From assembly GCF_044704955.1 (NCBI RefSeq), contig NC_091991.1:178684001-178748000 (forward strand): a stretch of 64,000 nucleotides of DNA, written 5' to 3'. Of this stretch, positions 49,381-61,126 are shown in pieces; position 1 is the stretch's first letter, and each line of letters opens with the position of its first letter. The notes beneath the pieces are model-generated. The model was not told the DNA's origin, ran no database searches, and was given only the letters and a program-made list of their open reading frames with translations. Both the position numbers and the translations under genes were made by a program. This DNA comes from Pristiophorus japonicus (Eukaryota).

Positions 49381-49603
49381 GACTAACCCATCAGTGCTTG
49401 CCTGACAACCCCCTCACAACCCCTCCCCCCCAAAATCCCTCAACCCCCTCAAACTCCCAGTTTCTCCACATCCTCCCTATCAAACTCCTAATTTTAGGCC
49501 TCTATCAGGTCACAGACTCTTAGCACCGAAGGAAGCCATTCGGCCCATCGTGTCTGTGTGGGCTCTTTGAAACAGCTATCCAACTAATCCCACTCCCCTC
49601 TCC

Positions 49604-50438
49604 TGTAAGGGGTGGTTTGCAGGGGGGGGGTCAGCTTTCCCTTCTGACCTTATCGGAGCGGTTCCGAATCGCTCCCACACCCTTGGTTCCAGACACTGGA
49701 ATTATGAAGGGACTGTGACAGACTTGGACAGACAATCGGTTTCAAGGTCGGAAGCAGGTATGGCTTTATTGCGTTTAAAAAGAAGTAAAAGGCACACCTT
49801 TAATAACACACACAGACCAATACACACTGAGGGTTACAACACATTGAATAAAGTGTCAAATTACAGCCTGTGGGGAAAAGAATACGGATATATCCCCCAA
49901 AAAAAGGCGCCGTTATCTCCCATCAAATCTCTTGGGCTCTGTTTAAACTGTTCTGTCCATTGATTTTCAAATGTCTCCTTTGTCAGCAGTAACTCGATTA
50001 GGGTGTGCATTGTTTTAGGATTGTCCAGTTTCCTGACCATGATTTCCATTGTGCTTGATTGGGTAATTCGATTATCTCTTAGGGGGGTGAATAGCCTGGG
50101 GTCCTTAATACATGAATTTGCTTCAGAGGTTGGCTCCACCTCCTGTATTTGGTAACTCTTTTTCGCAGCCAAAATGTTGTAGAATCTTAAAATTGATATG
50201 CTCTTTCCCATAGATGTTTAGGGGATCTCAAGCTTCTGTAATTTAGGTCCATTTTGAATTCCCTTTCCTCTGAGTCCAAACACTGGGGGGGGGGGGGGTC
50301 TCCATGAATGCATCCCCTTTTATCCCCCGCAGGCTTCGTCTGCCCCTTTAAACTCATTTTAAAAGCCCAGAAAGGGATTCTTCTCCTCTGCAGGGGAAAT
50401 GTACCTGGAATCTTTGCGAGATATTGGTAAATTCTACA
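49604..50438 (-). repeat. 3' LTR (835 bp) of the retrovirus-like element
   Basis: TG...CA ends, PPT ggggggggaa at 50439-50448 (minus strand), AATAAA at 49770-49765, 136-bp match to 58589-58724. Confidence 0.88.
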
Positions 50439-50987
50439 TTCCCCCCCCGTGATACCATATCACTTATGGTATCATCTTCGAGCCTGACTCCCAAGAGATA
50501 CCTTCCCCGTAAATTAGCTAAACTAATACCCAAAATGCATTACACTTATGCAACATCACCATAGATGCACACTTTTCCCTTTACAGGTACAAACTTTTTA
50601 CATTTACACCCTCCCAGCTTGGAGGGGGGTTCAATCACTACAATTGCATTTCAGCGCAGTTACATTTCATTTCAGTTACATTATATTCACCAGCATATAG
50701 GCAACGTACAACCACATTACAGAAGGAAAAAACCTAGATTAAAATTAAACAACACATCAATTGGTCTCCTGAGGTTTGTCCATCACCCGGTAATGTCTGG
50801 ATCCTGCCCTTGAGAACTGCTCTCAGGCTGGCTGACACACAAGACAAACTCAAAACAATCACCTAAACATTACTGCAACATTAACCTTAATTCTAAACTA
50901 AACCTTAAAATGTAAAATGGTGCAGTCAGCTGCCTTAAACTAAAATTAGAGCTATATACAACCGCCACCTGTCTACGGGTGGCCTGG

Positions 50988-53900
50988 TTAGTCCCTGTCA
51001 GGCCCATGCCTTGTGCGGCCTGATAGCCGCCTGGATGCTAGGGTTTCCTCGCAGCCGGTGAGCTGGAGACCCTTGTGTCTGGGACAGCTCGTTGCTACTG
51101 CTCCTGTGAGACCCTCACCGCTGGAGGCGGCTGGCTGGTGGTCCCTACTCTGAGCAGCCTCTGTACTTCTGACCTTCGGCCTTTCCTGTCGGGCTGCCCT
51201 TCTCCTAGGGTAGAATCGCTGAGGCTCAGATGCCGGTGACCACGGTATCTTTGGCCGTGGTGTACGGAGGGTCCTTCTCAGGGCTTGAGTTACTGGGGGT
51301 GCGTCCGAATCCCAAACGATGGGTGGGATAGCCCCTCCAGTACTGCAATTCACCGTCCCTATAGGCACGGTTTCTGAGCCTGCCACATTCCCTGTGGGCC
51401 CTCCACCGTCGGGGGCGGCCAACGGAGGGTCCCTGTCCTGAGGACCGTTCACCCCTCCCGGCTGCCCTCTGTGCTTGGCTGACCCTGGGTTGTACAGCTT
51501 GCACTGGTTGATGTGGAACCACTAAGTATGGCGGGGCAGCTTTATGGCATAGACCATCGGGCTTGCCTTGTCCACAATGCCGTATGGCCCCATATATAAT
51601 GCTTCAAAAACCCCGACCCGAGCATAGTTCCTCACCATGACCTGGTCCCCTATCTCCCATTCGTGGTGTTTGCTGGGTTCTAGCAGCAATCGGTTCCCCT
51701 CATGCTGTCTGCCCATGTTACTAGCAGCCTGCCAGTGAATCTGTTTGAGGTGTTCAAACAGGTTCCTGACAAACCGATCCCGGTTCACCTCTCTGAGCTG
51801 ACCTTCTGTGAGCACCGGGGCTAAGACATGGGTGGGGGTCCGCATGATCCGGCCAGTCATGAGCTCGTATGGGGAATACCCCGTGCTCTTTAACTGGCTG
51901 GCTCGGATCCCCATTAGGACCAACGGTAAGCCCTCCACCCACTTTTGGGGTGAGTCTCCCGTTTCCTTCCGCAGCCTTTCTTTAATGGTGCGGTTTAAAC
52001 GCTCCACAATACCCGATGACTGTGGGTTGTGGGCAACATGCCATTTCCCCTCAATGCCGAGCACCTTAAGGGTTGCCTGCATTACCGTGCCCGGTGAAAT
52101 GGCTCCCTTGGTCCGACTCCACATACTGTGGGAGTCCCCACCGGGAGAACACTTCCCTCACTAGAATCTTAGCTGTCCCTAGTGCGGTGGCTGTTCGGCA
52201 GGGGAAGGCTTCAACCCATTTTGAGAACACGTCCACCAGGACTAGGCAGTATTTGTAGCCTCCCTGGGCGGTGGGAAGGGGCCCGATGTAATCAATTTGG
52301 ATTGACTGCCATGGTCCCTCTACCCTCCTGACGTGTCCTAGGGACACCTTCTTTTTCTCGGGGTTCAGGGTTGTTCGCAGCACACACCAGGCAGTTCGCA
52401 CAGAACTCGCGGACGTCCTCCCTGAGTCCCGGCCACCATCCTGCCTTTTCCACCCGTTGCCAGGTGGTCTCAGGCCCGGGGTGTCTCGCTCCTGGACCCT
52501 CATGGGCCAGTTTTAGGAATTCCCTCTGGTGCTGCTGTGGCACGACCCATTGTCCCTCTTTAAACAGCATGCCTTCCTTAACGGTAATGGCTGCTGTGCC
52601 GTACGGACCTTCTACTCTCTCTCCTCTAGCTAGCGCATTCAGGACAGCTTTCAGGACTGGGTCCTGTACCTGAGCTGTTTTTAAGTCCGGGGCCAAAGCT
52701 ATCCCTGTACTCTCTGCTGCCCTGTTCTTATTCTTGACCGCTGCTATGCGGCCGGTGTCATAGGGGTCCCAGAACTTTCCCGTGCGGGCACCTTCTTTGG
52801 CCAGTTTGTCAGCCTGTTGGTTTCCCTCTGCACGGGGTTCGGTTCTTGAATGGGCCTTCACCTTATGTATGTAGACCTTTCCCTCTTCCCCCACCGCTGT
52901 CATGATTTTCTCAGCAGGGGCTTGATTGCCAGGGGTCTCCCGTCAGCGGACGTGTATCCGCGATGGGACCAGAAAGCCAGGTACTCCATACATGAATTGC
53001 AGGTGAACATACTGTCCGAGCAAATCGTGTACGGGGTAGGGAATTCCTCGGGGTGGGTCACCACGTACATTACGGCGGACAGTTCAGCATGCTGGGCGCT
53101 CATGGTGCTGGGGAGCTTGATTGCCAGGGCAATACCTGCCCTTGGGTCATAGACTCCGCACCCAGTGAGTCGTTCGCCAGCAGATACCGTGCTGGACCCG
53201 TCCACATAGATGTCCCGGCCTGTAGGGTGTAACCCCGCCCGAAGGCCAATGTTTACCTCCCATACCCCTTCTATTGAGCACCTGTGGGCTTTCCCTGGGT
53301 AGATTAGGTTGGCTGCGAGTCTTGGCTCGCGGGGGCCTTCTACTCTGAGGTCCATCTGGGAGAGGAGCAGGGTCCAGCGAGCAATGCAGGCACTGCTCAC
53401 CGTCCCGTCCTTAATCCTCCCATCTAGGAATATCTGAGTCGGTGTGTGGTGGGTTAGGAGTGTTAGAGGAGACCCTCCCGTGAAGATCAAGGATCTTTTC
53501 ACTGCCCAATGTGTGGCTAGGAGGTGTCTCTCACAGTTGGAGTACCCCTTCTCCACATCTGTGAGGATCCTGGAGGAGTAAACCACCGGTCTCAGCTGGC
53601 CGTGCCGCTCTTGAAGCAGCACTGAGCTCAAACTGTCCCCGCTGGCTGCCACCTCCAGGAAAAACTCCTTTCCTACATCTGTCGTTCCCAAGGCTGGCGC
53701 AGTCTGCAAGTCCTTCTTGAGCTGATTAAATGCTGCCTCGCAATCCTCATCCCAGTCCCACTCTACATCCTTGTGTAGGAGCCTGAGCAGAGGGGCTGCG
53801 GTGGCTGCATAATCCTCAATGAAGTCTCTGCCGTTTTAAAGGAATGGACCAGAACCCATTTGAAATGTCCAGCACCGTGAAAGTGGTCGCGGATGCTGGA

Positions 53901-54390
53901 ATACTCCCTATGAGATCCGCTACGGCTGCTACAGTGGGTGCACAGGCAGGGATATTCTTATTTAGTACTCGATAGTCCACGGTGGCCCTCCATGAGTTGT
54001 CCAGTTTCTTAACCGGCCACAATGGAGAGTTCACATGGGTTGCTATTGGTCTTAACACCCCTTGTTCTACCAGTGATCCCAGCGCCGTTGTCAGGTCTGC
54101 CTCTGTCTCCCTGGGGAAGTTATATTGCTTTTGTGGTCAGGTCATGGGGTCCCCTTCTATACTAACTTCCTCCCCCGATACCCTACCACAGTCATGTTTG
54201 TGGGTGGCGAATGCTGCAAGGTGTGCCCGTACATATGCCTGGTACTCCACTGGGGTGTTACTGACCAGTAATTCCAAGTCATAACCCTCCTTTGGCTTCA
54301 CGGTAGACAATGTTCCCTTGGCCCCTTTTTCTAGGATCACCGCCGCCTCACCTTCCCTGTCAGTCACTATGGCTCCCCATAGACAGTGGT
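50988..54390 (-). pseudogene. Disrupted pol: RT N-half (SPLWPVKK..WR.TVDYR..N; VLDISNGFWSIPL), YXDD region deleted, tether RH, retroviral-type RH (YVDGS, SAQHAEL, SDS, KVKAH, GNQQAD), integrase (HHCC, DYIGP..SDQG..VER, GPY)
   Basis: ORF-track fragments 53816-54058, 52900-53709, 52292-52903, 52066-52503, 51522-52124 and 50988-51452. Confidence 0.9.
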
Positions 54391-54396
54391 TCCTGA

Positions 54397-57300
54397 TGTC
54401 ATGTATTCAACCAGCATTGTAACCCATGTATAATCTGACCTAAGTTGTACACTGTGAGAACAATGACCACTAGGTGGTGAACTTGTGGGAGACACTCCTA
54501 ACCTGGACCTTCGGGTAGAAAAGGGGAAGCTCCGCCCATCTTCATCATTTGAGTGCTAAGGAATAAAGGACAGGTCACAGACTGATCTCTCAAGCATGGG
54601 CCTCGTGTGCATTTATACTGTATAGTAAGGACGTATCAATGACGACGAGAAACTGGGATTTAAACCACGCGAGCATGACCACGAGCAGAACAGACGAGAG
54701 GTACTGTGTTAAGGAATGGTTGGGACAGAGATTCAACATTGTTAAAGCAGCACACAGTTCTCCAGGCAGACAAGGGCAATCGGGCATGCCCCAACATGTA
54801 GTCGAACCCAGAGGGGGAGTTCGACAGAGACAATGGCAAGCTGAACAGCGATTCACACCATTGCAAGGGACAATGCGGCCAGTAATGGGGCCATCAACAT
54901 CTGTTAATGGCGCACTCAAGGACAATAACAGGGGCAATCAGGGACAATCGACTGGCAAGGGACCTTTTGTTTCCAACAGCAGCTCATGTTGGAGGCGTGG
55001 AGGCACACACTCAGCCGGAGTTTGCAGAGATGAGCAAAATATCTGCAGAAATTACAGAAATGAACCCTGGGGGAAATCGCTGGAAGCTGAAGTTCAGCGA
55101 GTTCATGTGGAGCACATATACAGTTCATACACCAGGACGCCACCGATAATGATGAAAGTGCTCCTCAATGGCATCCCAGTATCAATGGAGCCACACGGGG
55201 GCCAGCCAGTCCCTGATGAGTATCAAACAGTTCGAAAGGTTGTGGGCGTCCAAGGCCAGGAGGCCAAAATTATCGCCGATTGACGCACAGCTACGGACAT
55301 ACACAAAGGAGATCATTCCGGTGCTAGGCAGCGCCACGGTAGTCGTGACCCACAAAGATTCGGAGAACAGGTTGCCACTCTGGGTTGTCCCGGGGAACGG
55401 CCCCGCACTACTGGGGAGGAGTTGGCTTGCTGTCATGAACTGGAAATGGGGCGATGTCAATGCAATTTCCTCTGTGGAGCGAGTATCATGCTCACAGATC
55501 CTGAACAAATTTGACTCATTATTTCAACCCGGCATTGGCACTTTCATGGGGGCCAAGGTAGTGATTCACATAAACCCGGACGCCAGGCCAGTACACCACA
55601 AGACAGAGCGGTGCTGTACGTGATGCGGGAAAAGATAGAAGGCGAATTGGACCGCCTACTGAGCGAAGGCATCATCTCGCCAGTCAAATTCAGTGACTGG
55701 GCGAGCCCGATTGTGCCGGTGCTCAAGGCGGATGGGTCGGTCAGGATATGTGGTGATTTCAAGGCCACCATCAATCGGGTGTCACTCCAAGACCAGTACC
55801 CGCTACCGAGAGCGGAGGACCTCTTTGCGACGCTATCCGGTGGCAAACTTTTTTCAAAATTGGACCTGACCTCAGCTTACATGACCCAGGAGCTGGCGAG
55901 TGAGTCGAAGAAGTTGACCACCATCACGACACACAAGGGGTTGTTTGAGTACAACAGATGTCCGTTTGGGATTCGCTCGGCCACCGTGATCTTCCAACGA
56001 AATATGGAAAGCCTCCTCAAGTCGATTCCAGGGACAGTGGTTTTTCAGGACGACATCCTCATCACGGGTTACGATACTGAAGAACACCTCCACAACCTGG
56101 AGGAGGTGCTACGCAGACTGGACCGGGTAGGTCTGCGACTGAAAAAGGCGAAGTGCATCTTCCTAGCTCCAGAGGTAGAATTCCTGGGGATGAGGGTAGC
56201 AGCAGACGGGATCAGCCCTACTGCGTCCAAGACGGAAGCGATCCAGAGAGCACCCAGACCCCGTAACACGACGGAGCTGCGTTCGTTCCTGGGGCTCCTG
56301 AACTATTTTGGTAACTTTCTTCCCAAATTGAGCACGCTGCTAGAGCCGCTACATGTGCTCCTACGCAAAGGTCGCGAATGGGTCTGAGGGGACAGCCAGG
56401 AAAGGGCTTTTACTAGAGCACGCAATTTGTTATGTTCCAACAATCTGTTAACGCTATATGACCCATGTAAGAAACTTGTGTTAACGTGCGATGCGTCGTC
56501 CTATGGTGTCGGGTGTGTGTTGCAGCATGTCAATGTCAAGGGTCAGTTACAACCGGTAGCTTATGCCTTCAGGAGTCTGTCCCAGGTAGAAAGGGGCTAC
56601 GGGATGGTAGAAAAGGAAGCGCTAGCATGTGTATATGCTGTAAAGAAAATGCACCAGTACCTGTTTGGCAGGAAATTTGAGCTGGAGACAGATCAAAACC
56701 CCTAACGTCCCTTTTGGCCGACAGCAAGGCCATAAATGCAAACGCATCGGCCCGCATACAGAGGTGGGCACTCACGTTAGCCACCTATGAATATACAATT
56801 CGGCACAGACCGGGCACCGAAAACTGCGCCGATGCACTCAGCAGGCTCCCACTAGCCACCACTGAAGGGGTAACCAAGCATGCTGCTGAGATGGTCAAGG
56901 CTGTTGAAGCTTTCAGAAGCGAAGGCTCACCCGTGACAGCCCGTCAGATTAAAGTCTGGACAAATAGAGACCCGCTATTGTCTCTAGTCAAGAAATGTGT
57001 CCTGAATGGGGACTGGGCAGCCACGTACAGGGCATGCCCTGAGGAATTTAAACCATTTCACAGGCGCAGGGATGAACTCTCGATTCAGGCCAATTGACTA
57101 CTAGTCATGCCCCAGATGGGCAGAGAGGTGTTCATCAGAGAACTCCACAATGAGCACCCGGGCATTGTCATGATGAAGGCAATTGCTAGGTCACACGTTT
57201 GGTGGCCAGGGATAGACGCAGATCTGGAACTTTGTGTTCGCAGGTGCAACACGTGTGCCCAGCTGGGCAACGCACCCAGGGAAGCCCCCCTTAGCCCCTG

Positions 57301-58519
57301 GTCCTGGCCCGCCAAGCCTTGGTCACGCATCCATATGGACTACGCAGGTCCTTTCATGGGAAAAATGTTTTTGGTTGTAGTAGACGCCTACTCCAAATGG
57401 ATCGAGTGTGACATTTTAAATTCAAGCACATCCTCTGCCACGGTAGAAAGTCTACGGGCAATGTTCGCCACCCACGGTCTACCGGACTTCTTGGTCAGCG
57501 ACAATGGCCCGTGCTTCACAAGCACTGAATTCCAGGACTTCATGGCAGGCAATGGAATTAACCATGTCAGAACGGCACCGTTCAAGCCGGCCTCAAACGG
57601 CCAGGCAGAACGAGCAGTGCAGATAATCAAACAGGGGATGCTCAGAATCTAAGGGGGATCCCTACAAAGCCGCTTGTCACGCTTCCTGTTGGCCAATAGA
57701 TCCCGACCACACTCGCTCACAGGGGTCCCACTCGCAGAGCTGCTAATGAAAAGGATGCTCAAAACCCAGTTATCCCTCATACATCCCACCATGAAAGAAA
57801 TTGTCGAGAGCAGGCGCCATTCACAATATGACTATCATGACAGGAATGCGAGGGGGCGATGTATTGATGTAAATGACCCTGTTTTTGTCCTCAACTACAC
57901 TGCAGGGCCCAAATGGCTCGCAGGCACTGTGATTGCCAAAGAGGGAAATAGGATTCTGGTAGTTAAACTTACCAATGGACAAATCTGCCGCAAACATGTG
58001 GATCAAACAAAAAGGAGGTTCAGCAACCCCGTAGAAGAAGCAGAGGAAGAACACGACATAGAGTTCACTTCACCACAGGTGACCGAACACCGGAATCAAA
58101 GGGAGGAGAGCCCAGTCACTGTGGGCAGTCTGGACAGGCCTGAGGCACTGCAAACAGCAGACACTCAGGCCAGCGCCCAACAACCGGAGCCCCAACTCAG
58201 GCGTTCTACAAGAGAACGTAAACCACCAGAGAGACTCAACCTGTGATCCCAATAAGACTATGGGGGGGAGGTGATGTCATGTATTCAACCAGCATTGTAA
58301 CCCATGTATAATCTGACCTAAGTTGTACACTGTGAGAACAATGACCACAAGGTGGTGGACTTGTGGGAGACATTCCTAACCTGGACCTTCGGGTCGAAAA
58401 GGGGAAGTTCCGCCCACCTTCATCACTTGAGTGCTAAGGAATAAAGGACAGGTCACAGACTGACCTTCTCTCAAGCATGGGCCTCGTGTGCATTTATACT
58501 GTATAGTAAGGACGTATCA
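54397..58519 (+). mobile_element. Mag-clade-like Gypsy LTR retrotransposon nested in the retrovirus-like element, 5-bp TSD CCTGA
   Basis: LTRs 54397-54638 and 58275-58519; PBS-like tgacgacgag; PPT gggggggaggtga; degenerate CCHC, PR, RT (FQDD), RH (CDASSYG), IN (HPG...CNTC; SDNG; ER); stops and frameshifts. Confidence 0.93.
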
Positions 58520-58934
58520 CCTGAGATCCACTAGGATCTGGTGGCCAATGATAAAATCAGCCCCCAGGTTCGTTTTCCATCCCACTCACATGAATGCACC
58601 CCCTTTTATCCCCCACAGGCTTCGTCTGCCCCTTCAAACTCATTTTAAAAGCCCAGAAAGGGATTCTTCTCCTCTGCAGGGGAAAGGTACCTGGAATCTC
58701 TGCGAGATATTGGTAAATTCTACACTCCTTTCCCCATATACCTGCTCATTTTTGCTTTGCAAGTAGTTATTCAATTTCCTTTTGAAACATCTCTTTAATT
58801 CTACCATGGCACATACCAAGCCCAACTCTGTACACAAACTATGTAAATGCTAGTTATTATCCACTATTTAGAGGTATTACCTGTTTAAAATGGATTAACA
58901 CAGGATCGTGACAGAGAAACAACAACAGCTTGTA

Positions 58935-59950
58935 TTTTTTTTATTCGTTCCTGGGATGTTGGTGTCCCTGGCAAGGCCGGCATTTATTGTCCATCCTAAT
59001 TGCCCTTGAGAAGGTGGTGGTGAGCCACGATTTCAGAGAGCAAGATAAGAGTCAACCACTTTGCTGTGGGTCTGGAGTCACATAAAGGCCAGACTGGATA
59101 AGGACGGCAGATTTCCTTCCCTAAAGGACATTAGTGAACCAGATGGGTTTTTTAACGATGGGGTTTCATGGTCACCAGTAGCTTTTTATTCCAGATTTTA
59201 TTTCATTAACTGAATTGAAATTCCCCAGCTGTCGTGGTGGGATTTGAACACATTTCTCCAGATCATAGAAACATAGAAAATAGGTGCAGGAGTAGGCCAT
59301 TCGGCCCTTCGAACCTGCACCACCATTCAATGTGATCATGGCTGATCATGCAACTTCAGTACCCCATTCCTGCTTTCTCTCCATACACCCTGATCCCTTT
59401 CGATGTAAGGGCCATAACCATAAGGGCCACATCTAACTCCCTATTGAATATATCGAACGAACTGGATTCAACAACTTTCTGTGGTAGAGAATTCCACAAG
59501 TCAACAACTCTCTGAGTGAAGAAGTTTCTCCTCATCTCAGTCCTAAATGGCTTACCCCTTATCCTTAGACTGTGACCCCTGGTTCTGGCCTTCCCCAACA
59601 TCGGGAACATTCTTCCTGCATCTAACCTGTTCAATCCCGTCAGAATTTTATATGTTTCTATGAGATCCCCTCTCATTTTTCTAAATTCCAGTGAAGATAA
59701 GCCTAGTCGATCCAGTCTTTCTTCATCTGTCAGTCTTGCCATCCCGGGAATCAGTCTGGTGAACCTTCGCTGCACTCCCTCAATAGCAAGAATGTCCTTC
59801 CTCAGATTAGGAGACCAAAACTGAACACAATACTCAAGGTGTGGCCTCACCAAGGCCCTGTACAACTGTAGTAAGACCTCCCTGCCCCTGTACTTGAATC
59901 ATTAGTCCAGGCCTCTGGATTAGTCGTCCAGTAACATTATCACTATGCTA
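58935..59950 (-). mobile_element. SINE (tRNA-like head plus LINE-derived tail), interrupted by a CR1 at 59264-59898
   Basis: Reverse complement of the 61860-62150 head/body; tail matches the LINE end at 21375-21480. Confidence 0.7.
59264..59898 (-). mobile_element. CR1 LINE 3' fragment
   Basis: ORF 59356-59865 is the RT C-terminus; catagaaacatagaaa tail; atcat at both junctions. Confidence 0.9.
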
Positions 59951-60374
59951 CTGTACTTTAATGTAGTTAAACGTCTCAAGGCGCTTCACAGGAGTACAAC
60001 AAACAATTTGACAATATACTATTAGCACAAACAGTGAGTTCTAAGTTCAAAAAGGTATAATGGCATAGGACAAAAAGAGCCAAGAATGAAGAATGTTATT
60101 TTGCTATAATAGATCACTAGATCACGCAACACAGTATTCTCTGGTACACATCAGAAAGTAGTTAGGCATATATAAAAAAAAATCAACTCTCAATTTCTGA
60201 AAAATGTTCGAACTAAAGTGTGGAAAATAACATGTTCCTGAGCATACTTTATATAAATATTGTATAGCCACTTTTACAATTGGCACTACCCCATTGATAA
60301 TTAAGATTTTGAGGTGTAAAGCGAGCCAGTCCCTCTGATTTTATCCCAGGGTGAAAGGTCCCACTGGAACCACG

Positions 60375-60515
60375 GTGGACTACACCTCCCAGCCTGCCCC
60401 GCGCCGCGCAGCCGCACTGACACGCGCAGGCGCACGGGCCGCCGCTGGCTCCACCTTTGGCGGCAGGTCGTAAAGCCGCCATTTTGTGCTCCTTGCGACA
60501 AGTGGGAGGAAGTCC
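60375..60515 (+). promoter_or_regulatory. CpG-island housekeeping promoter: ZNF143/SBS (actacacctcccagcctgc ~60379), NRF1-like (gcgcaggcgca 60424-60434), YY1 (gccgccattttg 60475-60486), ETS (ggaagt ~60508)
   Basis: Consensus motifs read directly, in a CpG-rich segment just upstream of the ATG at 60518. Confidence 0.8.
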
Positions 60516-60517
60516 CG

Positions 60518-60581
60518 ATGAATTCCGAGAATACGGCAGAGAGGCGGCGGGCAGCGGGCCCGGACGGCGGCGGGGAGGAAG
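60518..60581 (+). CDS. E4F1: First coding exon (MNSENTAERRRAAGPDGGGEE, phase 1) of a gene divergent from PGP; E4F1 by synteny
   Basis: ATG downstream of the promoter motifs, AAG|gtaacg donor; E4F1 lies head-to-head with PGP in human. The peptide itself is not diagnostic. Confidence 0.55.
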
Positions 60582-61126
60582 GTAACGCGAGGCCTCGGCT
60601 GCGGCCTGGGGCTCCGGGCCTTAGGCCCCAGCGCTATCAGAGTGGGGTGGGGGGGGGGAGGAAACACCCGGGCCGGAGGCGCTCAGGCCTGAGAGTCAAG
60701 GCCAGGGTCAGTCAGGCTGGGCCGGGGGGCCGATTCAGGCTGGACCCGGACCCAGGGCGTCTCGACACCGGCTGCTGCCTAAACCCCGGGCCGTGGGTAA
60801 ATAATGCTGCCCTCCCCCACCCCCCACTGTCCCACCTCCACCCCACTGGCCCCCCTCCGCCATGTTTCTGAAGTGAGCTCGGGGATAGTGACCGCAGCCA
60901 CTCAGTCAGGCCTGGATTATGGTCCGGGCCTCACCTGCATCTTCTGTTTTAATTCATGGCGTATGGTGATCACTGGGAGGGTAACACAGGGCGATCTGTC
61001 ACAGAGCAGATCTGTGCTAGCAGCAGCTTCAGCATGAAATACAAATTGACCATTGGAAGGAAAGGAGGGAATGACCACAATATATTTTAAAAATCTGCCC
61101 TGCCTACAAAAAAAACCCCACTTGTG

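Larger units (their letters stand above)
49604..58724 (-). mobile_element. Defective retrovirus-like LTR element with dual RNase H (PR remnant-RT-tether RH-RH-IN), 4-bp TSD CTCC
   Basis: 3' LTR 50438->49604 (TGTAG...TTACA) preceded by a PPT; 5' LTR remnant 58724->58589; ctcc at 49600-49603 and 58725-58728; pol fragments 50988-54390. Confidence 0.9.

Noticed and set aside
50450-50990. Envelope gene of the retrovirus-like element
   Set aside because: Only ~540 bp, AT-rich, with no minus-strand ORF, signal peptide or TM segment.
54394-54400. Alternative Mag LTR start at TGATG (54394)
   Set aside because: Only a start at 54397 yields a 5-bp TSD (CCTGA) and restores the host reading frame.
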